Positions 21,011 to 33,423 are shown, counted from the stretch's first letter. The stretch: 64,000 nt of DNA from an uncultured Candidatus Rokubacteria bacterium (GCA_963789955.1 CAWBMV010000036.1:96001-160000); one strand, 5' to 3'. Numbers and translations: made by a program. The notes: generated by a model not told the origin, from the sequence alone.

Positions 21011-21805
21011 ATGGCCAAATCGCCGTTCTCGCTCGAGGGCAAGACCGCGATCGTCACCGGAGGCGGCACGGGCATCGGCAAATCGATCGCGATCGAGTTT
21101 GCGCGGGCCGGCGCGGACGTCGCCCTGTGCTCGCGGAAGCTCGAGCACCTCGAGCCGGTGGTCAAGGCCGTTCGCGACGTGGGCAAGCGGTCGTTCGCCA
21201 TGGCCATGGACGTGCGTCAGGAAGACCAGATGAAGGCGGTGGTCGATCGGGCCGTCCAGGAGTGGGGCCACCTCGACATCATGGTGAACAACGCCGGCGC
21301 CTCGTTCCGCGCCAAGCCCGAGGACATCTCCGTCAATGGCTGGAACACGGTGGTCGGTATCAATCTGACCGGAGCGTTCCTGGGATGCAAGTGGGCCGGC
21401 CGCCAGATGATGCAGCAGCAGACCGGCGGCGTGATCATCAACATCTCGTCGATCGCCGGCGTCTACGGCTCGACGATGATGCCGCACTACGGCGCCGCCA
21501 AGTCCGCGGTCATCACGCTCACGCGTGAGCTCGGCACCGCCTGGGGGCGCAAGGGCATCCGCGTGAACTGCATCGCGCCGGGACCGGTGGAGACCGAGGG
21601 CTACCTGGACGTGCTCAAACAGGCGGGGCCGGACGGCAAGAAAACGTACGACGCGATCGCCGCGCGTGTCGGCATGGGCCGATGGGGCAAGGTGGAGGAG
21701 ATCGCGTATCCGTGCGTCTTCCTGGCGTCCGACGCGTCGTCGTGGATGACCGGCGAGACGATCGTCATCGACGGCGGGCCCTCGCCGCGGGAGATGGAAG
21801 GCTAG
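21011..21805 (+). CDS. Short-chain dehydrogenase/reductase
   Basis: TGGGTGIG, NNAG, YGAAK, NCIAPG. Confidence 0.93.
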   Translation: MAKSPFSLEGKTAIVTGGGTGIGKSIAIEFARAGADVALCSRKLEHLEPVVKAVRDVGKRSFAMAMDVRQEDQMKAVVDRAVQEWGHLDIMVNNAGASFRAKPEDISVNGWNTVVGINLTGAFLGCKWAGRQMMQQQTGGVIINISSIAGVYGSTMMPHYGAAKSAVITLTRELGTAWGRKGIRVNCIAPGPVETEGYLDVLKQAGPDGKKTYDAIAARVGMGRWGKVEEIAYPCVFLASDASSWMTGETIVIDGGPSPREMEG

Positions 21806-21844
21806 ACGCTGCGCGGGCGCTCCTGTAGGATTAGGCCCTTGCGC

Positions 21845-21922
21845 GGTGACCGTAGCTCAATTGGTTAGAGCACTGGCCTGTGGAGCCAGGGGTTGTGGGT
21901 TCGATTCCCATCGGTCACCCCA
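21845..21922 (+). tRNA. tRNA-His(GTG)
   Basis: G-1:C73 pair, anticodon arm CTGGC-CTGTGGA-GCCAG, TTCGA, encoded CCA. Confidence 0.97.
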
Positions 21923-21946
21923 ACAAGAGAATATGCGTGGTACTCC

Positions 21947-22023
21947 GCGCCCGTAGCTCAGCTGGATAGAGCGTTGGCCTCCGAAGCCAAAGGCCGCAGG
22001 TTCGACTCCTGCCGGGCGCACCA
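21947..22023 (+). tRNA. tRNA-Arg(CCG)
   Basis: Anticodon arm TTGGC-CTCCGAA-GCCAA, TTCGA, encoded CCA. Confidence 0.97.
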
Positions 22024-22065
22024 CTTGGAGTCGAGTTCGCGATCGCGAGTCGTAAAAGGTGGGAC

Positions 22066-22141
<76 letters not shown>

Positions 22142-22256
22142 TTTTCTCGAGTAGTAGAAGCGCGCCGGTTGCGCGGTGTGGGGGAACTCGCTCCGCATCG
22201 CGCGACCCTTATCCCCCCTTGTCCCCCCTCGACATGAACCGTGCATCGCACGCACG

Positions 22257-22943
22257 TCAACGCATGATCAGCGTGGAAGGCAGCGAGGGCGCGCCAACGG
22301 GGAGCGGATTCTCCCAGCACTTGAGGAACCGGACGGCCCACAGCGGATCAAGAACACCGGTCAAACCCGCCAGGGCGTTGTCTCTCGCGAATGAGATTCC
22401 CGAACCCTCACCGGAGTCCCGGATCCTCGCGAGCGGCACGAATCCCCGAACGTAGGCAAAGTGTAGGTGCGGCGGCAGTTGCTTGGCCTTGAGCGCCCTG
22501 GCGTTTCCTGAATAGCCTATCGTGCCGATCGACTGCCCCGCGGTGACGTGGCTGTTCACGCTCACCTCGACCGTGTGCAGGTGGCCGTAGATGGTGTGGC
22601 CGCCGTCCTGGTGGTCGATGATCACCGTCTTGCCGAGCTTTCCCCAATCGCTTCGTGCCGCGACCATCACCGTTCCGTTCGCGACGGCAAAAATGGGCTC
22701 GCCCAGATGACCATTCAGATCCACGGCGCCATGAATGCCGTTCGCGCGCGCCGCTTCGAATCCGCCGCCCTCTCGCGCCTCGGAATCGCTGCCGCGCACC
22801 ATCGCGACTCGACCGAGCGGGCACGTCGTGCCGGACGCGGGGTCGACCAGAGGAGAGTCCGGCTGGGCGTTCGTGACGAATGGCATCGCGACGGTGAGAA
22901 CGGCGGCCAGCGCAACGACGGCGCTTGTCATAGGCAAGTCCAT
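22257..22943 (-). CDS. M23 family metallopeptidase, exported
   Basis: HGAVD (HxxxD), YGHL, GYSGN, PHLHF (HxH); signal peptide. Confidence 0.88.
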   Translation of the reverse strand: MDLPMTSAVVALAAVLTVAMPFVTNAQPDSPLVDPASGTTCPLGRVAMVRGSDSEAREGGGFEAARANGIHGAVDLNGHLGEPIFAVANGTVMVAARSDWGKLGKTVIIDHQDGGHTIYGHLHTVEVSVNSHVTAGQSIGTIGYSGNARALKAKQLPPHLHFAYVRGFVPLARIRDSGEGSGISFARDNALAGLTGVLDPLWAVRFLKCWENPLPVGAPSLPSTLIMR

Positions 22944-23017
22944 GATGGAGCCTGCGGGGGCGCGAAACGCATCCCACCCACGATGTGTTCGCGCCCCCCG
23001 AGCTCAGGGGTCGATCC

Positions 23018-23338
23018 TCACTTCGGTTGTTCGACCTGGCCACCTGGGGCAGGCTGGCTGTTCCCCAGGGACAGCCGGGTCAGGACCTTGTCGCCGTTCT
23101 CTTGTTCCCGGTACATGGCGACGACGAGCATGCCCTGTTCGAGCGCGCCGGGCCGGAGCATCGACCCGGGCGGCGTGAGCAACATCGTCCCGTCCTTGAG
23201 GGTGATCTGGGTCCCGGTTTGATCGATGCTCTGTACCTCGCCGACGAGCATCTTCTCCTCCGCCTGCGTTTGAGCGCCGGCGAACGTCGGGGCGAGACCC
23301 ACCATCGCGAGCAGACCAGCGAGCAGCAACTTCTTCAC
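23018..23338 (-). CDS. Small exported protein (DUF1344/OB-fold-like)
   Basis: RBS CAGGAGGA, GTG start, signal peptide, GEVQSID..ITLKDG. Confidence 0.65.
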   Translation of the reverse strand: MKKLLLAGLLAMVGLAPTFAGAQTQAEEKMLVGEVQSIDQTGTQITLKDGTMLLTPPGSMLRPGALEQGMLVVAMYREQENGDKVLTRLSLGNSQPAPGGQVEQPK

Positions 23339-23589
23339 TGAATCCTCCTGCGCCGCAGATGTGCGGCGGCGATCGGTGATGACTGCCGAACGGTGATGAC
23401 TATTGAAGGCGGCAGCTCGGTCGTGAATCCAGTGGGGCATTCCTTCAACGCCGGATCGGGGTTTTCCCTCGGAGCGGTCGCTGCAGCTTGACTGTCTTGT
23501 GCGGAGCGGTAGGTTGGGAGTCGTAGGACGCCTCCGCAATGTCGTCGTAATCACCAATCAATCTTCATTGCAGCGTCCACGAGGGACAA

Positions 23590-25056
23590 ATGACATCAAG
23601 TGTCGACGTGCTCATCATCGGCGCCGGCCCGGTCGGTCTCTTTCTGGCGAACGAGTGTGCGCGGCGGTCGCTGCGCTGGCGGATCGTCGAGCAGCGACCG
23701 CGGCAGTCCGAGCATTCGAAGGCGCTCGCGGTGATGCCGCGCACCCTCGAGATCTTCGACATGGCCGGCATCGTCGCGCCGTTCCTCGAGGCGGCCAATC
23801 GCGTGACCTCGGTCGCCGTGGTAACCCACGGCCATCGGCTCGCACAGATTCCGTTTGCGCCGCCGGACACGCCGTACCCGTTCGTCGCGATGGTGCCGCA
23901 AGATGTGACCGAGGCCCTGCTCGTGCAAGCACTCCGGAGCAGAGGAGGTGCCGTCGAGTACGAGACCTCGTTCGTGTCCGCATCCCAGGACGACGCCGGC
24001 GTCGACGTCGTTCTGGACCACCGGGGAACGCAGTCGACGGTTCGGGCCGCCTTCGTCGTCGGATGCGACGGGGCTCACAGCGCCGTCCGGCATGAGCTCG
24101 GCCTTCCGTTCGAAGGCGCGCCGTACGACGCGACCTTCATGCTGGCCGATATCGACACCAACGACGCTCTGCGCGGGGACGAGCTACAGCTGTGCCCGCA
24201 CGAGGACGGCCCGCTCGCGATCTTTCCGATGAGCAGCCGGCGGCGGCGAATAGTGGCCAGCGTCCGCAAGGGCGACGGGGACGCGCCAACGCTCGGGGAC
24301 GTGCGTTCGGTGCTCGCGCAGCGCGCCCCCAGGGGCCTCGAGGCGCAGTCCCTGAACTGGAGCAGCTATTTTCGGATCCAGCACCGGCAGGTAGCGCACA
24401 TGCAGGTCGGGCGGATCTTCGTCGCCGGTGATGCGGCGCACATCCACAGCCCGTTCGGCGGGCAGGGCATGAACACGGGCCTTCACGACGCCTGGAATCT
24501 CGCCTGGAAGCTCGATCTCGCCATCCGTCACCGCGCCCGACCCGAGCTGTTGGAGAGCTATACCGCCGAGCGCGAGCCGGTCATCCGGGACGTCATCGAG
24601 ACGACGCACCTCATCACGAGAGCCTTGGGAACGGCGAGCCGATTCGCGCAGGGCCTTCGCGATATCGCGATTCCGCTCGTGTCGCGCCTCGCGCCGTTCC
24701 GGTACCGCTTCGTGCAGAGGATCTCTGAGCTCGGCGTGGACTATCACGGGAGCGCGATGGTCGAAGGTCCGGGCCACCGGTATTTCGACGAGTCTCTGCG
24801 CGGGGGTCGCGGCATCAGCAACCGGTTCGTGCTGCTCGTCGGTGCAGACGACGAGTCCGAGACGGCGGCCGAAGCCCGGCGCCTGGCCGACGACTATCGC
24901 AATGTCGTCGAATTGCGTTCCGGCGCGCATGCGGGGATCGCGCTGGTTCGTCCGGACGGCTACACGGCCTACGAGGCGTACCGCGGCGCTCCCTCCGCGG
25001 CGCTCGAATCCGTGCGCGAGGTGCTCGAACGCCAGGTTGTCGGCTCGACGCGGTGA
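23590..25056 (+). CDS. FAD-dependent monooxygenase (PheA/TfdB-like)
   Basis: GAGPVG, GCDGAHSAVR, GDAAHIHSPFGGQGMNTG, LVRPDG. Confidence 0.92.
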   Translation: MTSSVDVLIIGAGPVGLFLANECARRSLRWRIVEQRPRQSEHSKALAVMPRTLEIFDMAGIVAPFLEAANRVTSVAVVTHGHRLAQIPFAPPDTPYPFVAMVPQDVTEALLVQALRSRGGAVEYETSFVSASQDDAGVDVVLDHRGTQSTVRAAFVVGCDGAHSAVRHELGLPFEGAPYDATFMLADIDTNDALRGDELQLCPHEDGPLAIFPMSSRRRRIVASVRKGDGDAPTLGDVRSVLAQRAPRGLEAQSLNWSSYFRIQHRQVAHMQVGRIFVAGDAAHIHSPFGGQGMNTGLHDAWNLAWKLDLAIRHRARPELLESYTAEREPVIRDVIETTHLITRALGTASRFAQGLRDIAIPLVSRLAPFRYRFVQRISELGVDYHGSAMVEGPGHRYFDESLRGGRGISNRFVLLVGADDESETAAEARRLADDYRNVVELRSGAHAGIALVRPDGYTAYEAYRGAPSAALESVREVLERQVVGSTR

Positions 25057-25212
25057 CGGCCGACCCGTCCCGACGGCCAGGGCGCTGTAACGGGCACTGA
25101 CGGGCGAAATTTCGGGAACCGGGCAAAAAGCCCGAGATCTGGAGCGCTCCGCCGAACACCGACTCCTCCGCAACGTCGCGGATATGCAGCACTCCTGCGC
25201 GCATCGCAGCCT

Positions 25213-25228
25213 TGGCAAGGCGAGTGCT
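25213..25228 (+). promoter_or_regulatory. Possible sigma54 promoter
   Basis: TGGCAA-GGCGA-GTGCT, GG-N10-GC, upstream of ATG 25293. Confidence 0.45.
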
Positions 25229-25292
25229 CTACGGAAGGCTCCGAGAGATGAGGCTGGGAGCATTCGATCACCCAACCTGGAGGAGCTTAAGC

Positions 25293-26684
25293 ATGACGAT
25301 CAGCGCCACAACGCTCGAAGGATCGCGGACCAACGTGAACGACGCGGACATCGCCAGCCTGCGAAGCAACGTGCGCGGCGAGCTCGTGGTCGCCGGAGAC
25401 GCACGCTACGACGAGGCGCGCCGAGTCTGGAACGGTAACGTCGATCGCCGTCCGGGCCTCATCGTGCGGTGCACGGGTGCGGCGGACGTTCAGCAGGCCG
25501 TGAACTTCGCGCGGTCACTCGGGCTCCTCGTCTCCATCCGAGGCGGCGGCCACAGCGCACCGGGGTACGGCACGAACGAAGGCGGTCTCGTGATCGATCT
25601 GTCGCCCATGAAGGGCATCCGTGTGGATCCCGACGCGCGCACGGTCTCGGCGCAGGGCGGCGTGCTCTGGCGCGAGCTGGATCACGAAACGCAGGCGTAC
25701 GGTCTCGCGACGACGGGCGGCACCGTGTCGAACACGGGGATCACGGGCCTCACCCTGGGCGGCGGCCTCGGGTGGCTCATGGGCAAGCACGGGTTGACCG
25801 TCGACAACCTGATCTCGGCCGATCTCGTGACCGCCGACGGGGAGTTCCGCAAGGCGAGCGCGAAGGACAACCCGGATCTGTTCTGGGCGCTGCGCGGCGG
25901 CGGCGGCAACTTCGGCGTCGTCACGTCCTTCGAGTACCGACTGCATCCGGTCACGCAGGTCCTCGGCGGTATGGTGATCTATCCCCTCGATCAGGCGCGC
26001 GACGTCCTGCGCTTCTATCGCGACTTCTGCAACACCTTGCCGGACGAGGCGGAAGCGTACGCGGCGCTACTGACCGCGCCGCAAGGCATGCCGGTCGCCG
26101 CGCTGATCCTCGGCTACAACGGACCGATCGCCGAGGGTGAGAAGGTGCTCGCGCCGGCGCGGCGGTTCGGCAAGCCCGTCGCCGACGTCGTCGCGCCCAT
26201 GCCGTACGCCGCCCGCCAGCGCATGCTCGACGAGCCCAACGCCACGCACGGTCTGCAGCGGTACTGGCGCTCGGCGTTCACCGAGCAGATCTCGGACGGG
26301 TTGATCGACGTCATGGTGGACGGCGCGTCGAGCTTCAGCTCGCCGCTCAGCGCCCTGCTCTTCTTCCACATGCACGGGGCCGCGACGCGGGTCTCGCCGC
26401 TCGCGACCGCCTTCGCGCCGCGGCGCACGCAGTGGGATTTCGACGCTATCGGCCAGTGGGCGGACGCGGGACAGTCCGCGACGCACACGGGGTGGGTGCG
26501 GGCGCTCTGGACCAAGCTGGAGCCGCATCTGAAGGGCAGCGCGTACGTGAACCATCTCGCGGCGGATGACCGGCCCGAGAAAGTCCGCGCTTCGTACGGG
26601 GACAACTACGCGCGTCTGCGCGCGCTGAAGGCGACCTACGACCCGAAGAACCTCTTCCGCGTCAACGCGAACATCGCGCCCTGA
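25293..26684 (+). CDS. FAD-binding oxidoreductase with BBE domain
   Basis: RGGGHS, GLTLGGGLG, LFWALRGGGGNFG, YDPKNLFRVN. Confidence 0.92.
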   Translation: MTISATTLEGSRTNVNDADIASLRSNVRGELVVAGDARYDEARRVWNGNVDRRPGLIVRCTGAADVQQAVNFARSLGLLVSIRGGGHSAPGYGTNEGGLVIDLSPMKGIRVDPDARTVSAQGGVLWRELDHETQAYGLATTGGTVSNTGITGLTLGGGLGWLMGKHGLTVDNLISADLVTADGEFRKASAKDNPDLFWALRGGGGNFGVVTSFEYRLHPVTQVLGGMVIYPLDQARDVLRFYRDFCNTLPDEAEAYAALLTAPQGMPVAALILGYNGPIAEGEKVLAPARRFGKPVADVVAPMPYAARQRMLDEPNATHGLQRYWRSAFTEQISDGLIDVMVDGASSFSSPLSALLFFHMHGAATRVSPLATAFAPRRTQWDFDAIGQWADAGQSATHTGWVRALWTKLEPHLKGSAYVNHLAADDRPEKVRASYGDNYARLRALKATYDPKNLFRVNANIAP

Positions 26685-26751
26685 CGGGCAAGAGTGTGCA
26701 GGACGCCGGGCTATATTGCGTCCCGGCGATCGGCCGATGAGGTGACTCTGA

Positions 26752-26802
26752 GGCCACGCGGCGGGCACTCCGGCGAAAGCCGGCGGTGCCCGTCGTGGTT
26801 TT
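26752..26802 (+). terminator. Long GAAA-capped hairpin followed by T tract
   Basis: CCACG..GCGGGCAC-T-CCGGC-GAAA-GCCGG-CG-GTGCCCGT-CGTGG-TTTT. Confidence 0.6.
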
Positions 26803-26920
26803 AGCCGGCCGGGCTTTCCGCGCACCTTGTTCCGGGATCGTGAGCCAATCGAGCGCCGCGCGGTCCCGAATTGGAGCAGTACAAAGCGCGACGGAAACTG
26901 GATACTGAACGTCGCATAGC

Positions 26921-28153
26921 ATGCTAGAGGACGCCTCGCGTAGCGTGCCGGAGTCCGCGTATGCGTGGACCCGGCTCTGTGCCGCGCTGCTGCTGTCGGC
27001 CATCGGCGGCGTCGGCATGTGGTCGGTGATCGTGGCCCTTCCGGCGGTCCAGGCCGAATTCAACGTCGCGCGCTCCGCGGCCTCGCTGCCCTACACCATG
27101 ACAATGATCTGCTTCGGCTTCGGCGGCATCCTGATGGGGCGCCTCTCCGATCGCTTCGGCATCATCGTTCCCGTCGTAGGCGGGGCGATCTCTTTGGCGA
27201 TCGGCTATGCAGTCGCCGGCCAGGCGACAAGTCTCTGGCAGTTCACGCTGGCCCAGGGGCTGCTGGTGGGTGTGGCCAGCTCGGTCGCGTTCGCACCACT
27301 GATCGCCGACACGTCACTCTGGTTCACCCGTCATCGCGGCATGGCCGTGTCGATCATCGCGAGTGGCAGCTACCTCGCGGGAACGGTCTGGCCGCCGGTC
27401 GTGCAGCACTTCATAGAACGCGAGGGCTGGCGCCGGACATACCTGGGCATCGGCGTCTTCTGCGTCGCGACCATGCTGCCGCTGGCGCTGGCCCTGCGAC
27501 GGCGGTCGCCGCTCACCCAGGCGACGTCCGCGACATCGCATGTCGTGTCGCGGGCGCTGCAGCCCTTGGGAATGTCGCGTGGGGCCCTGCAGACCGTGCT
27601 GATCATCGCCGGCCTGAGCTGTTGCGTCGCGATGTCGATGCCGCAGGTGCACATCGTGGCGTACAGCGGTGACCTGGGGCATGGCGTCGCGCGCGGCGCG
27701 GAGATGCTGTCGATGATGCTGGGCTTCGGCGTCGTGAGCCGCCTCGCGTCGGGCTGGATCTGCGACCGCATCGGCGGACGGCGCACGCTGCTGCTCGGCT
27801 CGAGCCTGCAAGCCCTGGCGCTGGTCTTGTTCCTTCCGTTCGACGGCCTCGTCTCACTCTACGTCCTGTCGGCGCTGTTCGGTCTGTTCCAGGGCGGAAT
27901 CGTGCCCGCCTATGCCGTCATCATCCGGGAATTCTTCCCTCCCGAAGAGGCCGGAGTGCGCGTCGGCACGGTGCTCATGGCCACCGTGTTCGGCATGGCG
28001 CTCGGCGGCTGGATGTCCGGCGTGATTTTCGACCTGACCGGTTCCTATCAGGCCGCGTTCCTCAACGGCATCCTGTGGAATCTGCTGAACCTCGGCATCG
28101 CCGTGGGCCTGCTGCGGCGACCGGGGAGACCGTTCGAGCACGCGCAGCCGTAG
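26921..28153 (+). CDS. MFS transporter
   Basis: [27 protein letters not shown]; multi-TM. Confidence 0.9.
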   Translation: MLEDASRSVPESAYAWTRLCAALLLSAIGGVGMWSVIVALPAVQAEFNVARSAASLPYTMTMICFGFGGILMGRLSDRFGIIVPVVGGAISLAIGYAVAGQATSLWQFTLAQGLLVGVASSVAFAPLIADTSLWFTRHRGMAVSIIASGSYLAGTVWPPVVQHFIEREGWRRTYLGIGVFCVATMLPLALALRRRSPLTQATSATSHVVSRALQPLGMSRGALQTVLIIAGLSCCVAMSMPQVHIVAYSGDLGHGVARGAEMLSMMLGFGVVSRLASGWICDRIGGRRTLLLGSSLQALALVLFLPFDGLVSLYVLSALFGLFQGGIVPAYAVIIREFFPPEEAGVRVGTVLMATVFGMALGGWMSGVIFDLTGSYQAAFLNGILWNLLNLGIAVGLLRRPGRPFEHAQP

Positions 28154-28229
28154 TCTCGACGCCGCCCTGTCGATTTGGCGCCTCGCCGTTCGATCTCTAG
28201 ACAGACAGCACAGCGCAGAGGAGGCATCC

Positions 28230-28728
28230 ATGCCGAAGACCACACAAAAAATCACCCCGTTCCTGTGGTTCGACAGCCAGGCCGAAGAGGCCGCGAATTT
28301 CTACGTGTCGATCTTCAAACAGTCCAGGGTCGGCGCGATCACCCGCTACGACGACGAGGCGTCGAAGGCTGCCGGACGACCGAAAGGCTCGGTCATGACG
28401 GTCGAATTCGAGCTCGACGGGCAAAAATTCACAGCCCTGAATGGCGGGCCGCATTTCAAGTTCACCGAGGCGATCTCGCTCGTCGTGAACTGCGACGACC
28501 AGAAGGAAGTCGATCATTTCTGGGGCAAGCTCTCGGCCGGTGGCCAGGAGGTCCAGTGCGGCTGGCTCAAGGACCGGTTCGGCCTGTCCTGGCAGGTCGT
28601 CCCCGACAGCGCTCATCGAGATGCTGCAGGACAAGGATCCCGAGAAGTCGAAGCGCACCATGGCGGCGATGCTGAAGATGAAGAAGCTCGACGTCGACGC
28701 GCTGAAGAGGGCGTACGACGGACGGTAA
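28230..28728 (+). CDS. VOC/PhnB-like protein, frameshift near 28610
   Basis: [42 protein letters not shown]. Confidence 0.88.
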
Positions 28729-28892
28729 CCCCCGTCGCCGGCGCCGCCGCCGGCGCGAGGCGTGGCGCGCTCGCGCGCCGTCGACGCGCATGATAGATTT
28801 CGCGGGTCACCTCGCGCCGTTCGGCGGGCTGTATCCTGTCGGCTCGTCCGAGACAATCCAGGCGAGGCGGAGCGCCGTTCCCCGACTCGTCA

Positions 28893-30716
28893 TTGCGACA
28901 AGCTATCGCACGTCGACTGAGCCTCATCGGCTTCGCACTGGCGGCCGTCCTGCTCGTCATCGCGGGCGGGGCCGCCTGCGATCGTCTGGCGGAGCTCCGC
29001 CAGGCCAACCGCTGGGTCGAGCACACGCTGACGGTTCAAGCGGGCCTGGCCCAGGTCCTCTCGCTCCTCAGCGACGCCGAGACGGGGCAACGAGGCTTCC
29101 TCCTCACCGGCCAGTCGACGTACCTCGAGCCCTACGACGCCGCGCGCATCCGCCTCCCGCAAGAGCTCGAGCAGCTCCGTCGGCTGACCCGTGACAATCC
29201 CAGCCAGCAAGAACGCATCGCGGCGCTCGAGAAGTTGAGCCAGCAGAAGCTAGCCGAGCTGAGCGCGACCATCACGGCGCGCGCGAGTCGGCGTCCCGGC
29301 GAAGCTGCGCGCATCGTGCTCAGCGGTGAAGGCAAGCGGACGATGGACGAGATCCGCGCTGTTGTGGTCTCGATGCACGCCGAAGAAGGGCGACTCCTGA
29401 CGGAGCGCACCGAAGTGCAAGCGCAACACGGCCGGCACGCCATCCTGGCGATCCTCAGCAGCCTGGCGCTCGCGCTCGTGATCGTGGCGGCGGCCGTCCT
29501 CACCCTGAGCAAGGTGGAGCGCGAGCGGGATCGCGAGCGCGCGGCCAGGACGACGGCCGAGGAGGTGGCGGCGGCGATCGCCCTCTCCGAGGAGCGCCTC
29601 AAGGTCACCCTTGCGAGCATCGGCGACGGGGTGCTGGCCACCGATACTCAGGGGCGCATCACCCTGCTGAATGGCGTGGCCGAGGCGTTGACGGGATGGA
29701 CCGAGGCCGAGGCCGTCGGGCGCGGAGTCGAAGAAGTCCTCGTCATCGTCAACGAAGAGTCGCGCCGGCCCGCCGAGCAGCCGATCGCTCGAGTGCTCCG
29801 CGACGGCATGGTCGCCGGCCTGGCGAACCACACGGTCCTCATAGCGAGGGACGGGCGCGAGACCCCGGTCGACGACAGCGCGGCGCCGATCAAAGGGAAG
29901 GATCAGCGCATCGTCGGCGTGGTCATGGTGTTTCGTGACATCACGGGGCGCAAGCGGGCGGAGGGCTGCGAGCGCGCGGTGCGTCGTGAGGCCGAAGAGG
30001 CGAACCGCTCGAAGGACGAGTTTCTCGCGATGCTCTCCCACGAGCTGCGCACGCCGCTCAACAGCATCCTCGGATGGGCGCGCCTGCTTCGCGATGGACA
30101 GACCACCCTGAAGCAAAGGGAACGGGCGCTCCTCTCCATCGAGCGGAATGCGCAGCACCAGGCACGGCTGATCGAGGATCTCCTCGACGTGTCACGGATC
30201 GTCTCGGGCAAGCTGACGCTCGAGATCCAGCGCGTCGACCTGGCCACCGTCATCGACGCAGCCCTCGACCTGGCCCGGGCCGCCGCCGAGTCCGCGGGCG
30301 TCGAGATCGTGCTCGACCTCCATCCGTCGACTCCGCCGATGATCGGGGATCCGGCGCGCCTGCAACAGATCGTCCTGAATCTCATTTCGAACGCGGTCAA
30401 GTACACCCAGCGCGGCGGCCGGGTGGAGATTCGCCTGCACCAGGCGGACGCATCGGTCGAGCTGGTCGTGCGAGACACGGGCATCGGCATCCGCCCCGAC
30501 TTCATGCCGCATCTGTTCGATCGATTCCGACAAGACGAAGCGGGCGCGCGGGCCCAGGGCGGCCTCGGCATCGGCCTGACGATCGTCCGCCACCTCGTCG
30601 AGCGTCACGGGGGAACGATACGGGCCGCCAGCGCAGGCGAGGGACAGGGCTCGACGTTCACGGTTCGGCTGCCGATCAACCACGCACACGGCGAAGCCGC
30701 CGGGCGATCGATCTAG
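28893..30716 (+). CDS. CHASE3-PAS sensor histidine kinase
   Basis: DAETGQRGFLLTG, SIGDGVLATD, SHELRTPLN, NLISNAVKY, GGLGIGL. Confidence 0.92.
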   Translation: MRQAIARRLSLIGFALAAVLLVIAGGAACDRLAELRQANRWVEHTLTVQAGLAQVLSLLSDAETGQRGFLLTGQSTYLEPYDAARIRLPQELEQLRRLTRDNPSQQERIAALEKLSQQKLAELSATITARASRRPGEAARIVLSGEGKRTMDEIRAVVVSMHAEEGRLLTERTEVQAQHGRHAILAILSSLALALVIVAAAVLTLSKVERERDRERAARTTAEEVAAAIALSEERLKVTLASIGDGVLATDTQGRITLLNGVAEALTGWTEAEAVGRGVEEVLVIVNEESRRPAEQPIARVLRDGMVAGLANHTVLIARDGRETPVDDSAAPIKGKDQRIVGVVMVFRDITGRKRAEGCERAVRREAEEANRSKDEFLAMLSHELRTPLNSILGWARLLRDGQTTLKQRERALLSIERNAQHQARLIEDLLDVSRIVSGKLTLEIQRVDLATVIDAALDLARAAAESAGVEIVLDLHPSTPPMIGDPARLQQIVLNLISNAVKYTQRGGRVEIRLHQADASVELVVRDTGIGIRPDFMPHLFDRFRQDEAGARAQGGLGIGLTIVRHLVERHGGTIRAASAGEGQGSTFTVRLPINHAHGEAAGRSI

Positions 30717-30750
30717 GAGCGGTGCGCGTCGGGCGGCCGGCCCGCCCGAG

Positions 30751-31662
30751 TCACTGGTACCGCTCGGCGCTCCAGTCGCGGGCCACGTCGATCAGGGTGG
30801 AGATGATCGTGCGGTCGCTCGCGCAGGCGACAATCCCGGGCAGGCGAAACATGTTGGCGCGTTCGTCGCGCCACATCCGGCGAAAGTCCACCGGCCGGCC
30901 GTCGTGCACCCAGAGCGCGTCGCCGCCAAATACGCGCGCGATGTGCATGCACACCGGGAAGTCGTAGACGTTCGGCGTGTGAAACAGGGCGCCGCCCAGG
31001 TAGCCGCTCGCCATCAGCGGGAAGAGGCTCCCCGGAGTGTCACCGCCCAGCACGCCGTCGAGCCCGGCGGCGCTGACGGCACGGGCGCGTTCCGCTTCGC
31101 GGCCGAGGAAGCCGCTGACGAGAATTCGCCGGCTCTCCGGACGGCGATTCAATGTGAGCGGCGGCAGGGCATCCAGCGCCGGCCGGGCCGCAACCGTGCA
31201 GTCGTCGGGCCCGAGGACAATCCGATCGTCGCGCACCTCGAGCCAGGTTCCCTCGGCGCCCTCTTCGGGCAGATAGACCAGGGAGTAGTGGATCGTCTCC
31301 GGGTTCCGCAGGTGGAGCATGACCGCGTAGCGATTGCCCGTGCGGTCGCGGTATTCGCGCGTGCCGTCGATCGGATCGATGGACAGCACCCACTCGCTCT
31401 GCTCGGCGAATCGGGCGAGGTCGCCCGAGCTTTCTTCGGCCTCGATCCGGCAGCGGCGGACGGTGGGGCCCATGTCGCGGAGTGCCGCGACCAGGATCTC
31501 CTGCACGGCCAGGTCGGCGAGCGTGAGCGCGTCGGTGTCGGCCGAGCCGGAGTGCTTGCCGCTGAGGGAGATGTCGTGGCGGCGAAGCTGCCGCGCCAGC
31601 GCGCCCGACCAGCGAACGGCGCGCGGCAGCTCCGCCGCGAGGAGTCGGATCAGCTCGTTCAC
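30751..31662 (-). CDS. Inositol monophosphatase-like family protein
   Basis: TLADLAVQE, AEE, IDPIDGT, YD. Confidence 0.8.
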   Translation of the reverse strand: MNELIRLLAAELPRAVRWSGALARQLRRHDISLSGKHSGSADTDALTLADLAVQEILVAALRDMGPTVRRCRIEAEESSGDLARFAEQSEWVLSIDPIDGTREYRDRTGNRYAVMLHLRNPETIHYSLVYLPEEGAEGTWLEVRDDRIVLGPDDCTVAARPALDALPPLTLNRRPESRRILVSGFLGREAERARAVSAAGLDGVLGGDTPGSLFPLMASGYLGGALFHTPNVYDFPVCMHIARVFGGDALWVHDGRPVDFRRMWRDERANMFRLPGIVACASDRTIISTLIDVARDWSAERYQ

Positions 31663-31672
31663 GCCCGCGCGC

Positions 31673-33361
<1,689 letters not shown>

Positions 33362-33390
33362 TTACCAGTTGCTGTACGTGTTCAGGGCAA

Positions 33391-33423
33391 ATAAAAAAGC
33401 CTCCCCGGGTTACGGGAGAGGCT
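33391..33423 (-). terminator. Attenuator terminator upstream of leuA
   Basis: Minus strand AGCCTCTCCCG-TAAC-CCGGGGAGGCT followed by T tract. Confidence 0.85.

Noticed and set aside
26720..26790. Hammerhead ribozyme or fluoride riboswitch
   Set aside because: Core is CCGATGA not CTGATGA, GAAA is misplaced, and the fluoride consensus is not met
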